This document shows positions 1 through 12,496 of a DNA stretch of 64,000 bases, in pieces (position 1 is the first letter of the stretch; every line of letters starts with the position of its first letter). The notes below the pieces were generated by a model. The model had not been told where the DNA came from, made no database searches, and was given only the letters and a program-made list of their open reading frames with translations. This DNA is from Callorhinchus milii (Eukaryota): positions 3,224,001-3,288,000 of the forward strand of contig NW_024704742.1 of assembly GCF_018977255.1 (NCBI RefSeq), given 5' to 3'. Both the position numbers and the translations under genes were made by a program.

Positions 1-44
1 TGGTGCGTTTGTGCTTCCCTAAGCTGTTGGTTATAAAATAGTTT

Positions 45-372
45 AGACATCGAGACGTCTCAAAGCGCTTCACAGACTGTACTGTAAAGTGAATTGACTA
101 TATTTTGTGGGCGAAACGCGGCAGCCAATTGCGCACAGCAGCGTCCCCACAAACAGCCGTGGACTGAGTGACCAAATTATTATTATTAATAGCTGTTGGA
201 GGGATTATTACCCCCAGAAAGCGATCCGCCAGTCGACGAACAACCGGCTTCCTAATTACTGCTGAGTAAACAGAGGCGTGTGGAGTAAGGAAAGTCTAAG
301 GTTTTGCCCTTATTACCCGGGTCCTCTCGCTTGCGAATCGAGTACTCTTAACCAATATGCCACAGAACTCTC
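45..372 (-). mobile_element. tRNA-derived Deu-domain SINE with L2-type tail (family A, SINE2-1_CM-like)
   Basis: Minus strand reads degraded tRNA head, then GTTTGTGGGGACGCTGCTGTGCGCAATTGGCTGCCGCGTTTCGCCCACA (Deu-like core), then GTGAAGCGCTTTGAGACGTC tail; homologous to many other copies in the window. Confidence 0.85.
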
Positions 373-1054
373 GATAAAATATAAAATTACATCCCAAAAG
401 CTTGAGAGCGGATTTTCAATGCAACAATGCAGTGCGGTTTGATCCCAAGTGCCAAAGGTGAAAATGCCAACACTCTACACCCTCTAATCCCCCCAGTAAT
501 GTGCTTCCTGTTAACTGTTTGATAGGTGGCAGATAGCACCTATTGAACCATTAAATATTTAATTGTTACAAAAATATTATCGTGTTCTCCATTATTACCT
601 TGAATTTCCCCTTGAAACACCAGAGAGTAGTGCTTTGCAGCTGTCCGCCTCTGCCTTGTAAAATTAATATACCGCTTGATTTCTGGTTAATCAGTGTTTA
701 TTTCAAATAGATTTCTTCAAGTTAATCACCGGTCTCGCAAAGTGCTGCCCAGTGAGGAAGTAAGGACCTAAGGTTCCTGATTGTGCGGGAATTGTGGCAC
801 TGGTCCAACAAAAGTCCGCTGTTCTGCACCAGTCTATCTCTGTCTCCGAACAAGGCTGACAGTGACTGCAGGTTTTTTACGTTGCCGCAGAGTTTTTACC
901 TGGGCTGTTCTTAAAAAAAACACACACGTGGAAGCTTGACTGTGCATTCATGTGGATTGTGTTGGCTTTTGATAGCCATCAAATCACTAAAGGAGGCCTA
1001 ACTCTGGGACAGTCCCAACATTGACCTTCACTAGATTACAAGAGAAATCCGGAT

Positions 1055-1535
1055 GAACAGAGTGCAAGGTAAATTTACCAGGATGTTACCAGAGATGAGG
1101 GGGATACAAGTATCAGGAAAGTTGGACAGGTGGCTGATAGAGGTGTTTAGTCCTCTGCAAAGATTCGATAAGGTGGACGTTAAATAGACCCCTTTCACTT
1201 GTTGGTGAGTCCCTAATGAGAGGGGCATAAAAATAACATCGCCAATAGAAGACCTATCAGAGAGTTTGGGAGAAATGTCTTCATGCAGAAGGTAGTGAGG
1301 ATGTGGAACTCGCCGCTGGAGGCTTTGGTTGATGTGAAAGGCACTATACAAATGAAATGTGTTGTTGTTGTTGATGCAGAAACATTAAGGTACTCAAGAT
1401 GAATTACATGATGGTGAAGGGACTAGAGGGATACGGGAGTGGGAAGTTGGAAGGATGGGGCTCATGTGAAGTGTTAACACCAGCACAGCCTGGATGGGCC
1501 GAATGATATGTTTCTATGAGGTAATTCCGTGTAGG
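1055..1535 (+). mobile_element. CR1 LINE 3' fragment (decayed ORF2 C-terminus and 3' UTR)
   Basis: AGAGTGCAAGGTAAATTTACCAGGATGTTACCA reads RVQGKFTRMLP; later AGGGGCATAA, ATGTGGAACTCGC and GGATGGGCCGAATG match the CR1 3' end; frameshifted. Confidence 0.8.
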
Positions 1536-2643
1536 AATGCCCTCTTGCTATTTGATCTCAATTTCAAGAATACCCACTCTGTCACCTTCCCATAACAGTG
1601 TCAAACTGCTTCCTAAAAGCTTCAGTGACTTGGCCTTTACTATTCTTCCCACTAACCTGCCCCAGCTATTCATCCGACCCCCCCGCCTCCCATATAAACA
1701 AATAAAACGGCAATCTCTTGCTTTGGGACCATTTCCCGCCCCAGTTTTCAACGGGGAAAATGTCTGCAAATAGCCGTTGCCTCTAAGAAGGATTCAGAAC
1801 GTTTCTGCAGCCGTTTTAACAAGAACAAACTATTGGAAATAATATCTCTCCTTTCGGGCAGCTTCTGTTTACTGTATTTAAATAACTAGCAGCAAATTGC
1901 TTGAATCTCATTAAGTGCCTGGTGGGGAGGGAGGAGGGGGAATAGTTTGAAAGGTTGCAAGTTACCCTTTTGGGGATATATCTGATTTAGGGCTCATTTT
2001 AAGTGTTTGACTTGATCGAAAAAGAGTATTACTGTGCATAATCCATAATTAATCAGCAATTGATGGATTCCGAACAGCCTTTCAACCAGCGATTAACTGC
2101 TTTCGCTCAGGTGGTTTGTGTAAGTTTGATTCAAAGCTACAAGTCGCACGGGATCGCTGTGGATTGCTGTTTTTTCAGCGGTTCTTGAGAACTCTTATGA
2201 GGCAATTCTCGAAGTGAAGCATTCTCCGAGAGGCTGGAAAATCAGATGAATTTTGTGTTAAAATGCACGAAAAATTGCATGGAAATATGGAGGTGGCCCA
2301 GGAAGGCACCAGGTTCACACTTAGCTCATGCGCTTTTATTAGACTGTTTCTTCCACCTACTTGAAGGCAACTCAAACTGCTTTCGCGAGTGACACGGAAA
2401 AGATAGAAAGAGAAAAGCACAGCCAAGCACTGGCTGTCACGCCCAGTAAAAGTCGTAACCGTAGCAACTCTTCCATTACGACTGGATTCTGAACGAAACC
2501 CAGTTATGAGAGAAATGTTTGCACAAACACTCCTTGAATTACGGGTGAACAAATCTCACCACCAAACCCAATTGTCAAGCAGAAAAAGAACTTGGGAGAT
2601 GTTATACGTGCCGTAGAAGCTTAGAATAAATAATCATAATGCT

Positions 2644-2992
2644 TAATAATAATAATAATAATAATAGTTGTAAGCCTTGCATTTGATATAGCGCCTTATC
2701 ACGACTTCGAGACGTCTCAAAGCGCTTCTGTAAAGTGAATCGACTGTGTGTTTTGTGGACGAAACGCGGCAGCCAATTGCACATAGCAGCGTCATACAAA
2801 CAGTCGTGGATCGAGTGATCAAATGATTATTATTAGTATTTTTTAAAGGATCATTACCCCCGGAAAAGCGATCTGCCAATCGACTAACAACCGGGTTCCT
2901 ACTTACTGCTAAGTGAACAGAGACGTGTGGAGTAAGGAAATTTGCCCAACATTTTGCCCCCTGCCCGGGAATCGAACCCAGGTCCTCTCGCA
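2644..2992 (-). mobile_element. Family A Deu-SINE, near full length
   Basis: Minus strand: box B GGTTCGATTCC, Deu core, AAGGCGCTATATCAAATGCAAG tail and (TAT)n. Confidence 0.9.
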
Positions 2993-2994
2993 TT

Positions 2995-3112
2995 CCCTCT
3001 TCACCCCCACCTTGGCTCCCACCCTCATCTCGGGTGCCAATCCAGCAGTCTCAAGCGCCTTGAGACGTCCCCCCTCCGAGAAAGGCGCTATATATAGATG
3101 CAGGTCGTATCG
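2995..3112 (+). mobile_element. L2 LINE 3' tail
   Basis: Pyrimidine-rich stretch followed by AAGCGCCTTGAGACGTC...GAAAGGCGCTATATATAGATGCAGGT. Confidence 0.7.
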
Positions 3113-4499
3113 TATTCGAAATAGGACCTTTCATGCAGGGAGGGGTGGTTCATCGCGTCTCCCAGGATTCGCTGTAAAGTGCAGCGATCGTGTGTTTTGT
3201 TCGCTCGCCACTTTGGAAGGCCTCAAAGTGGTTCGTGAGTGATAATTCTCAAGCGTAGTGATTGCTTTTTGCAGACAAATGATGCAATCATCTGCTCGCA
3301 GCAAAGCCCCGCAGGTGATATTTGTAAATGAACTGGTGCTGGTGCTCTGGGAGAGGACAAAAGTACCATTTGTAAACACGCCGTGGTGCACACCGCACCG
3401 GTCACACTTATCCGGAAGGATGTGGAAGACAGCAAACCCACGTAACCCTGCAAAGCCGTGTTTATGGTTGAGCCCCACACGCATAAAAAACGATCACATT
3501 TTTTTAGCGTCTAAAAGGCGGTCGGTCACACCCCAAAGAATGACACTTGCGATATCCGGCAACCGGTAGCCCCCGAAGCGCGAAGCAAACTGAGATTCAG
3601 TGCCGCTTTGGGAGTCAAATACTTGCCAGAGTCGAACCACGATGGTGAGTTTTGCTTAATTGACTCCAGGGGGAAGTCAGGGGAAACTATGTGAAAAGGT
3701 TCCCCATTAAAATACTGTAGCGCGAGTCAGGTACCTCCATAAACATATTCACTTCGCTTCACGTCTCGTCGTAACGATTCGAGATGTTTCTGTTACCTTG
3801 GCAGGCTCTGCAAGAGTTGTTACATGGTGGGGATCTGTACTATAAGGCAGGTTTTTCAATGCTCTGCGGAAGGAGTGGGTATAATTGGTTGAAGTGTCAC
3901 ATCCGTACTCATTTGAGTCCTTAAGAACGAAATGCATTACACTCGGCGAGAATTTACAGACCCGACGTTTCCCACCTTGTAAAGCGATTTTCTCTTAAAA
4001 CTCTTTAAGATTGTGCATAATTGCAGAAAACTTCCCAAATCCAGTCCTAATGCGGAAGCCAGATGTACGCCATTCTTAAAGGGGCTGCCTTCCGGACTAA
4101 GACTCGCTGGAAGGGATTTTTCCCAATTCTGCACCAATTTAAATGATCGAGCAGGCTAAAACTGGGTAGAATCCCAGACCTTTTGTGTCGTCAAAGATCA
4201 TGCGTCGATCCTGTTTCCTCTCAAAGGGGATGATCGCCTCGCCTGATGTTTTTCTTCTCGAGGGCTACCTCAATCCAGCAGTGAAATACGCAGCTCTCCG
4301 CTGCTGGTGCCTGCTTTTGAAGTATATGTCTTTCCCTTTAAATCGGAAAGCGGAGACAACAAGACGCCCCTTTGAGGGGGAAAAACACGGCCCTTCAGTG
4401 GGCGGGGGGGGCAACTTGGTCTAACAGAGATCGTGTTTCTGTCCCAGATAATCTGGTCGGTCAGGCGGCCCACGCAAAGTAAAAGTGCGAACACCTGCT

Positions 4500-4645
4500 A
4501 GAAATCAGAAAGCTTTTGGAAATCCACTGCAGGTCAATCTGGGTCACAGCCCAAGCGTTAACCTATATTTCTCTTTCAGACAGGGGTGGGGTGGGGGGGG
4601 GGAAAACTGCTCTGGCTGTGGATTTCCAGCGCTCTCTGTATATTG
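4500..4645. mobile_element. Penelope-type palindromic repeat remnant
   Basis: CAGAAAGCTTTTGGAAATCCAC and GTGGATTTCCAGCGCTCTCTG form imperfect inverted ends; internal CCCAAGCGTTAACCTATATTTCTCTTTCAGACAG resembles the common shark Penelope-derived palindrome. Confidence 0.5.
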
Positions 4646-5149
4646 TTGTTGTTAGGCTTTATAATAGGTGAACAAAAAAACATGTTGCGCTCGCTAGAAG
4701 CACATTGAGACTTCACGTTGTGTGTATCGTTCTGAAGAGGAGCCAGTGGGGCCGCATTTACCTTCCGCGAAAGTCAATTTCAGGAACATTGCGTGGCCTT
4801 TACTTCTGATTAAATCCCAGATAAAAAGCCAAGGGTCGGGGACGGCAAACCACACTGTTTACCATTTTGAGAGACGCGATGATCATTTCAACCGAACGTC
4901 CTTTGTTGCTTTAAGAGTACGGCGAGATGAAATCAGGAGTTTATCGGGGCAGGGGCAGCGAGAGTGTAAGTATCTGGTCAGCGATTTGCTCTATATACAT
5001 CGCTGCAATTGAAAGGGATAAAAAACAGAATGAAAGACTTAATGCAATTCCACCTGGTGCTTCTCTGTGGTTTACCCGTGGGAGATTTCCTTATTTTCAG
5101 GCTGGAAGGAAAGGAGCTGCCCAGCAGAGACGAAGACACGTATCTTGTG

Positions 5150-5575
5150 TGTCGGTCTGGCTCAGCGATAGCATTCTCTTGCCTCTTGAGTCAAGAGGAT
5201 TGCGGGTTCAAGCCTCGCTTCGGGACTTGGAACTCGGACTCCAATGCGGAGCTGAGGGTGTGTTTCTTCGTCAGAGGTGCCATCCTTTGGACTGAGGCCC
5301 CGGCTGCCTGTTCAGGTGGACGTCAAGGATCCCACGGCACTGTTCGAAAAGAGCAAGGACTTTCTCCCAGTGCCCTGGCCGAAAATCTCCCAAATAAAAT
5401 CGGTCGATTGTTTCGTGGCTGTTTTTTTTGTGGGGACGTCGCTGCGCGCAAATTGGCTGCCATCATCATCTAGAAATATCCAGTCACTCCACTTTACAGT
5501 CGATCCTGTGAAGCGCTTTGGGACCATCCTCCCGATGTGAAAGGCGCTATACCAAATGCAAGGATTATTCTTATC
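5150..5575 (+). mobile_element. SacSINE1-like Deu-SINE (family B), near full length
   Basis: tRNA-like head (GGCTCAG...GAGTCAAGAGG...GGGTTCAAGCC), body GAGGCCCCGGCTGCCTGTTCAGGTGGACGTCAAGGATCCCACGGCAC, Deu core, L2-type tail. Confidence 0.85.
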
Positions 5576-5750
5576 ACTCATTGTTATTACCGTCGGGCTC
5601 TCTCTTCCGTACACGTGACACCCTCACGCAGTGAAATAACACTTGTGACATCCGGACAGACCTAAATAAAAACCCTCTTAAATTGCTCTTTTTGTGGCGG
5701 TGGAGAAGCTCCCAAGATTGAGGAAGCACAGTTTAACTGTCTGGTGACAC

Positions 5751-5752
5751 TG

Positions 5753-5790
<38 letters not shown>
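5751..5790. repeat. (TG)n/(CG)n microsatellite
   Basis: Direct reading. Confidence 0.95.
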
Positions 5791-5988
5791 GGCCGGGCCC
5801 TGTTAGCTGTCATTATTTATGCGTAAAACACAAAAGACATGCGGTCCCCTGAGAACGGAAGCGATTACAGTTTTTAATATTTTCTGTGACATTGGTACCT
5901 CTTTTTTTATCTCTAACCAGGAGTTCAGCTGCACACCACTGCAAGTTATCAGGTTTTCTCATAGCAATATTGAGCCTATTTTTTTATC

Positions 5989-6010
5989 GTGTGTGTGTGT
6001 GTGTGTGTGT
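5989..6010. repeat. (TG)n microsatellite
   Basis: Direct reading. Confidence 0.95.
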
Positions 6011-6367
6011 TTGAAAGGGGTTGGGGGGGTGGGGTTCGGGTGCAGTTACACCTCCGAAATTGAAACGATTGGAAAAAGTCACTTATTATTCTCGCTCTTT
6101 GATGTGAAATTGTCGGGGAAAGAGCTTTGAACATGTAGAGAAGTCAAAAATAAATAAGGGCAGAGGAGGCTGCAATTAAATGGTTTTAGGAGCGATCCTT
6201 GGGGGGACTGAGTAGATCATGGCATTGTTATTAAACACAGCAGCTATTTGATTAGGAATGCAAGGATTACACGGAGCTGCTTCATTGTTGAGTGCGCTCT
6301 TTTATTGACAGATTGGATTTGGAGGTGTGCAGGGCATATGGATTTAGACAAATAATGAAGCTTCATC

Positions 6368-6368
<1 letters not shown>

Positions 6369-6407
<39 letters not shown>
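6369..6407. repeat. (GA)n microsatellite
   Basis: Direct reading. Confidence 0.95.
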
Positions 6408-6534
6408 TTCTGGTGCCGTGCTACAGAAGAGCTCACAAAACCGGGCTTTCTGCCCTTCGCGACGATGTGCCGACCTATGTTTTTTTCTTGACGGTTCAGA
6501 AACAAATCCCCCTTTCCGTTTTCCTCCCACTTAG

Positions 6535-6872
6535 GTAATATTAATAGCCCTTGCATTTGATATAGCGCCTTATCATGTCATCGAAGCGTCTCAAAGCGCT
6601 TCACAGAGCGGATTGTAAAGCGAACTGACTGTGTATTTTGTGGGCGAAACGCGACAGCCAATTGCGCACAGCAGCGTCCCCACAAACAGTCGTGGATTCA
6701 GTGACCGCATTTTTTTGGGGGGGGAAGGATTATTCTACCTAGAAAGCGATCTGCCAATCGTCTTAACAACCGAGTTCCTACTTACTGCTAGGTAAACAGA
6801 GGCGTGTGGAGTACGGAAACTTGCCTGAGGTTTTGCCCTGCCCGGGGAATCGAACCCAGGTCCTCTCGCTTC
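6535..6872 (-). mobile_element. Family A Deu-SINE
   Basis: Box B, Deu core and L2-type tail all present on the minus strand. Confidence 0.9.
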
Positions 6873-7149
6873 TCTCGTAAGAGTCTACAAACACACCCAG
6901 CATTGTATCCTGTAAAGCACCTTTGAGTTTTCCTGGTGTGAAAGGAGCTATATCAAATTATATATCTATATCTATATATCATGGATTGCTTTGGTACTCT
7001 ACTAACCAGAAAGGGTTAGGGTTAGGGCTAAGGCTGTCCTTGGCCAATCTGTTCCTTGCCTTTGCCTTGGATACACGGAAGGATCAATAGAAAGGAAGCT
7101 TCAGTGGCTTCCTTTCACGTAGCAGATCCTCATCCTCAAATGTCCCTTC

Positions 7150-7745
7150 CCCCTTCACTTGCCCCACCCGACCTCTGGTCTCCTGGGATCCTACTCCCTT
7201 TTGCAGCCCCTTCTGCTCTGCCACCTCTTCGTGTCCCCACCCGCTTTGCTCAGATGAGCTTTCAGCCACTTTGCCCCCTGCCCTCCGGAACTCTTTTCCA
7301 CAATCGCCCTGCCTCATTCCTTCCGTATTGACTGTCTGAAGCGGGGAGTGGTCCTATCTGTTTCACTCACCTCGTCCTCACCTTTAAGGCCATCCATGGC
7401 CTTGCCCCTTCCTACCTCTCTGACCTGCTGACTCCCTACCCATTCAGCGAGCTCCGGGCTGCTCCATGTCTCCCGCCCGACCCGCCCTACCATCGGTGGC
7501 CGGGCTTTCAGCCTCTCTGCCCCCACACTCTGGAACTCCATCCCACGGTCCCTTCGCCTCGCTCCCTCCCTCGCCTCCTTCAAGGCCGGTCTCAGGAACC
7601 TTCTCTTCGACCGTGCCTTTGGTCTCCCTCCCACCTCTCTGCCTTCCCTCACCCCTACACCACCCTGGCCCCATGCTCAAGTCCTGACCCCTGACTGTCC
7701 AGTGTCTTGGGACGTCCTCCCGACGTGAAAGGCGCTCTATAACCC
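7150..7745 (+). mobile_element. L2 LINE 3' fragment(s)
   Basis: Encodes LVLTFKAIHGLAPSYLSDLL and later GRAFSLSAPTLWNSIP (L2 ORF2 C-terminus); ends in GGACGTCCTCCCGACGTGAAAGGCGCTCTATAA. Confidence 0.9.
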
Positions 7746-8739
7746 ACGCGAAGGGCACAATGTTTTGAGATAGTCCCCAACATGGTAATTCAGCTTGCAT
7801 TTTGGGGGGGTTGAACGTTGTATGAGCACAGCTGGTGTCCTGTAGCATAACGTTAGCGACAGTCTATATAAAGTACAAATTGGTAAAGTGATGTTGTTGT
7901 AAACGTGCCCTGCGGAAATGGATACACTACAGAGGTTCTGTTCCCTTACATATTCAACCGACTGGCTTCTCCCTGAAGGAAACAGCGCACATTTTTACGG
8001 AAATACTTGTTAGTGAGGTTGTAAGACTGGAGCGTACAAGTCACTAGACACAGTAAATTTACCGAGGAGAAGTGAATAAGCTTGGAGAGGTCCCGGTATA
8101 ATACTAATGCGGCGTGCGCTTTGGGGTTCAACGTTGTACGAGCACAGCGGGTGTCTGTAACACAGCGTTAGCTGCAGACTGTACAGACTGGTGTGGGATG
8201 GAGCTCTGCTTCATACAGTGTGACCTACAGAGCCGAGTGTAAACCTTTCAGGCCTGGAACTGAACTCGGAGGCACAGCTTACGCACTGAGGAATCAACTC
8301 ATAAAATTGTCTGAAGAATTACTGGCCAAATATTATTTGTATGCAGGTTTGGCCCAAAAAAAAAACAAGCACTGGCTTAACCAAGGTGCAATATTAGAAG
8401 AATGAATTACACCCTTTGACGGACGGAGTTATTTAACAATGTGACCATTGAGAATACCAGTGTATCTCAATTAACTGTGAGGCTGTTGCAGAGTTTATTT
8501 TGTTAGGATGTATTCCCAGCAGCTGGTACTCATAAAACCTAGCTGCGCACACAAGCTGAGAAGGTAGCTTTGAATAGGCCTCTGTTTGTTCAAAGAGAAA
8601 TGACACGTCTGTGCCTTTCGAGATGGTCATTCTCCGAACGGCTGATCGATGGATTCAGGCTTAATGAATAATTGAAAACCCGAGATGTCAGCAGTGAAAC
8701 GCCGGTGACAAAGCGAGTGACCTATCTGTACTTGGGATT

Positions 8740-8985
8740 TTGAAAGCAGAGTGAGGGGTTTTGAAGGGGGTTTGGGGTGGTTGGGGTGGGGGTGGTGGTG
8801 GGCGAGGCTGTGTGGTTCTGGAAGAGAATTTCAGAGGGTGGCCACGTGGCTAAGGCTCATAAATAGTGGGGCAAAGCGGGCGAGTTAATGAAGAAGGCCT
8901 GAGTTGGCGGAGCAGAGGAGGTGCACGAGGGAGTGGGGTTGCAGGAGATCACAGAGGTTGAGTGGGCCTTGGAGATGGATTACAG
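8740..8985 (-). mobile_element. Decayed L2 3' fragment
   Basis: Purine-rich plus strand; the reverse complement contains TTAGCCACGTGGCCACCCTCTGAAATTCTCTTCC, similar to other L2 copies. Confidence 0.5.
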
Positions 8986-9619
8986 TCTCGTTCAGCTTAC
9001 TCAAACAGACTGCTTTTTAGACTGCCCTCCATTGACCCCTTCCTCCTCCTGCACCACAGGCGGATTTTTGTTTCAAATTATAATTGGGCTCTGAAATGCG
9101 ACATTTGCGAAACCGGATTTGCCTGAATTATTGCTATGTCTTCTGGATTGCGGATGGCGGGTTGAGAAACTGTAAATCACGTTACCTCGGGGCGGCAAAG
9201 TCTTGAGAAAAGGCCGGCCACCAATAAGATCGTGCTTCAGTAAAGGGCAAAAACTCTAGATGTGCGTTTATGCATGGTTTATACCCAGCGCGTGATAGCA
9301 CCTGCACCTATCCGCGATTTAAGCACAGATTGCACACTGTGGACAGTAGACCCCACCTCAGTGATACTTAAAATAAAAAACAAAGGCCATTTGTTTCGTT
9401 CAATGTTGTTCATTTTATTCTAAAACAGACTTCGAAATATGTGGTCCTACAGATATAGATGGTAAATACACCTCTACCTACAATCACAGGACACAGTAAC
9501 AGAGCAATTACTGTGTGTCTTATGAACAATAAAGAAGATGAGAACGATTTTCAACCAACTTGCTGTCTTGGTTTAACCTTAATTCAACCCAAAATAAACA
9601 ACCCCAGATATTTATTTGT

Positions 9620-9805
9620 ATCAGCAATCTTTGCATTTGATATAATAATAATTCTCGCATTTGATATGGTGCCTCATCGCATCAGCGAGATGTCTCGAAG
9701 CTCTCGACCAGAATTTACTGTGAAACGTAGTGACTGCGATGTCTCGTAGTGCTTCGCAGGACTTTGCAGTGGATCCTAGCGACTGTGTATTTGTGGGCAA
9801 GTATT
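9620..9805 (-). mobile_element. Deu-SINE 3' tail with internal duplications
   Basis: GCATTTGATAT and GATGTCTCG...GACTG each occur twice. Confidence 0.6.
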
Positions 9806-10333
9806 TTACCACTTAAAGGGCAATCTTAATGCCGGCGAGAAGAACCGCAGGCCGCTTGCATTGTTATGATGTTGTCATAAGCGCTCGGAGATGCTACCGG
9901 GTGCTATCCAACTGCAAGTTGTTGTTGTTGTCACGAGGGAATGAGGCATTTTAATATAATCGTGCCAAAAACTGATCGTTTGTCGAGCGCTCGACATGGA
10001 AGCTCAGCGGACGGCGAGCGCAAATTGTGCTCTTAAACCGTTTCGAAGAAGGCGATCTGGGTTTGTTCGCAATTTTAAAAAGAGCTCGAGAGCTCCCTCT
10101 GCAGATCTCAGAGATCCCTGAGCTGCCATGTGTACTGCGCTTACTGTTTGAATCCAGAGGGAAGGAAGCCAGCATTTCAGGGAGTGGGAGAGAGAGAGAG
10201 AGAGAGAGCATCTGAAAAGCTCCTGTTTATCAGGTGAAACCCGTGCGCCGAGTTTGATTTCGTCGGTCGTTTAGGTCAAACACCAAGCGCGAAAGCAGGA
10301 GGACGCTTTCTGCGGGCTTAATTGTCATTTTGA

Positions 10334-10730
10334 ATAATAATAATAATAATAATAATCCTTGCACTTAGTATAGCGCCTCGAACATCGGGAGGAAGTCCCA
10401 AAGCATATACTGTAAAGTGGATTTACTGTGTGTGTTTTTTGTGGGCGAATGTAGCAGCCAATTTGCACGCGGTAATGTCCCACGGGCTGCCACGACGGGA
10501 ATGACCACTTTTCTTATTTGTGCGCTCGTTGGCCAGGACACGGGGGAAAATCTCCCCCTCTCTTAATGAGGGATCTTTAACATCCACCCGAACAGGCAGG
10601 TTCAATGTCTGCGCCCGGACAATCTAACACTAGGTGGGTTCAAAGTCTCGATGTGGGACTTGCGCATTGAAACCTCGCCCTTTCGACCCTGAGGTGAGAG
10701 TGCTACGAACTCAGTCAGGCTGACACCAGA
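10334..10730 (-). mobile_element. Family B (SacSINE1-like) SINE
   Basis: (TAT)n tail, Deu core, GGATCTTTAACATCCACCCGAACAGGCAG and tRNA head near 10690-10725. Confidence 0.85.
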
Positions 10731-11304
10731 CTCAGCTGGCGAAACCTTCACCCAGCTGATAATGCATGTTACACCAATCCTACCGGGCTTTCAGCGATGT
10801 GAATATGTGGCCGATGGCATGCTTCGGAGAGCAGATGATGCCGTTGTCGCTGTGTACGTTTAAGGCTTCCAACAACGGGGTGACGGGTGTGATGTTTGTT
10901 AACCGATTTGACGTGTTAATTGCCGCCAGCGCTAATTAACGTTTCAAATCTGTCCAGAAACATTGCGGTTTCCAACCCAATGAGTGCCCACGGTTCGCCA
11001 ACATTGGAGCCTCAAAATAGAAACACTGCCAAAAAAAAAAAACAGCATCGGCACCACCATCTGAGGAGAATAAATAGCAGGGCTTGGAGCACAGGCGAAG
11101 ATCTTAAGAGACAATTATTGAGATGAATATGATAGTGTTACTGCGATAACGACATCTCAATAACTTTCTGCTCTCTACCCATTCACTCCAACCTGGAACT
11201 GAAACCACTCAGATCAGTGCAAATCTTTCCACTCAACTCACGTTAAACCTGCAAACTGAAGCCCTAACAGGTAGGGTGGTCCGAGCTGGAGAAGCAATAC
11301 CGTA

Positions 11305-11500
11305 TACATTTGTGTAGAGTCTTTCATGTCGGAGGACGTCTCAAAGCACTTGACCACTGGTGACTGGGCACCCAAGCTGGTGGGATGGAAGCCAAAAATA
11401 GGTGGGAACGGGAAAGATGACTGAAAGCACAAATAAATACGTCTTGAGGTGGGCTTTGAACATGGGGAAGAAGGAAGGGGCAAGGATAGAACCTGAGGAA
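11305..11500 (-). mobile_element. L2 3' fragment
   Basis: Reverse complement encodes FKAHLKTYLF and carries the tail AAGTGCTTTGAGACGTCCTCCGACATGAAAG. Confidence 0.75.
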
Positions 11501-12496
11501 TACCGTATGTGATTGTGCAGGGGCGGAGGAGAAGCTATTAGAAGAGACGGAAGTGAAGACACTGGACTGCTCCACAGTTTGATGAACTGAACTCAGGATT
11601 GAGTGCAAACACAATAAAAGATTCATCTGACAAAGTGACAGCAGATTCCAAACCCCTTTGCCTTGCAAATATTTCAGATGCTGCTGCTTGCTTCGAGACA
11701 ACGAGTACTGTTTAACACTGACTTGCTGTTTCTTCCCTCACTGCCAAAGCAACCCTCCTGCTAGTTAAATGGATCAGTTATTTGAGAGAGCTGTCCGTTG
11801 ACCTTTCCATTCATGATTGATTGCACAAGGAGTGGAGTTTCCAACTTAGAGAGCAGTTGCTTATCTGTCTGCTGGTTCTTCTCTCCCAGTAGAGCACCGG
11901 TTCCCACAGAGACCTAAGTGTCTGCCTGCAACAGCCAGCCCAACCTGTTCTGAAACGCCCTTAATGAAGCTGAAAGCCTCACACCACCCTTCCACGTGTC
12001 TCGAGGAATTATTTATGAAGCCCAGAAGCAGACTGAATCCTTCGATTCTGCCCAGCAGCCCTTTCTGCTGAATGGTCCGAATTGAAAGGTCCAAAAGTCA
12101 AATGACAGTAGCCTCAGGCTGTCAACTCCGTCTTGAGTCTTCAGAGAAACAGAATGAAATCTTTGGAGGTGGAAAGAGACCAAATGTAATGAGGCAACGA
12201 TGGTGTGAGCTTCATTTTATTTCTAAATTCACCTTGGTTTTAACACGTCCCATTTTCACCATGCGAACCGGCAAAGGCAGTGACAAATCACATTGTTCAC
12301 AAGTTCCCAAGATTGGTTTGGACGAAGAAAAAATCCCTTTGGCCTATCTGATCTCATGCTTGCACGACACTCACCTGCTCTTACTCACACCCCACCCCAC
12401 CCCGCCCCCCAACAAAACATTTGCACTAGTCTTGGTGAGACCGTGTTCAATCCAGAGTGTGGTTTCAGTTTTTTCTGCATTAAATATTTCTTGATT

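Noticed and set aside
2643-2993. Recurrent ORFs ending in YIKCKDYYYY or containing CAQLAAAF
   Set aside because: These are chance translations of the Deu-SINE and its (TAT)n tail, not a protein family.
7013-7033. Telomere-like GGGTTAGGGTTAGGG
   Set aside because: Only two full TTAGGG units, too short to call an interstitial telomeric array.
9981-9996. Perfect 16-bp palindrome TGTCGAGCGCTCGACA
   Set aside because: About one such palindrome is expected by chance in 64 kb.
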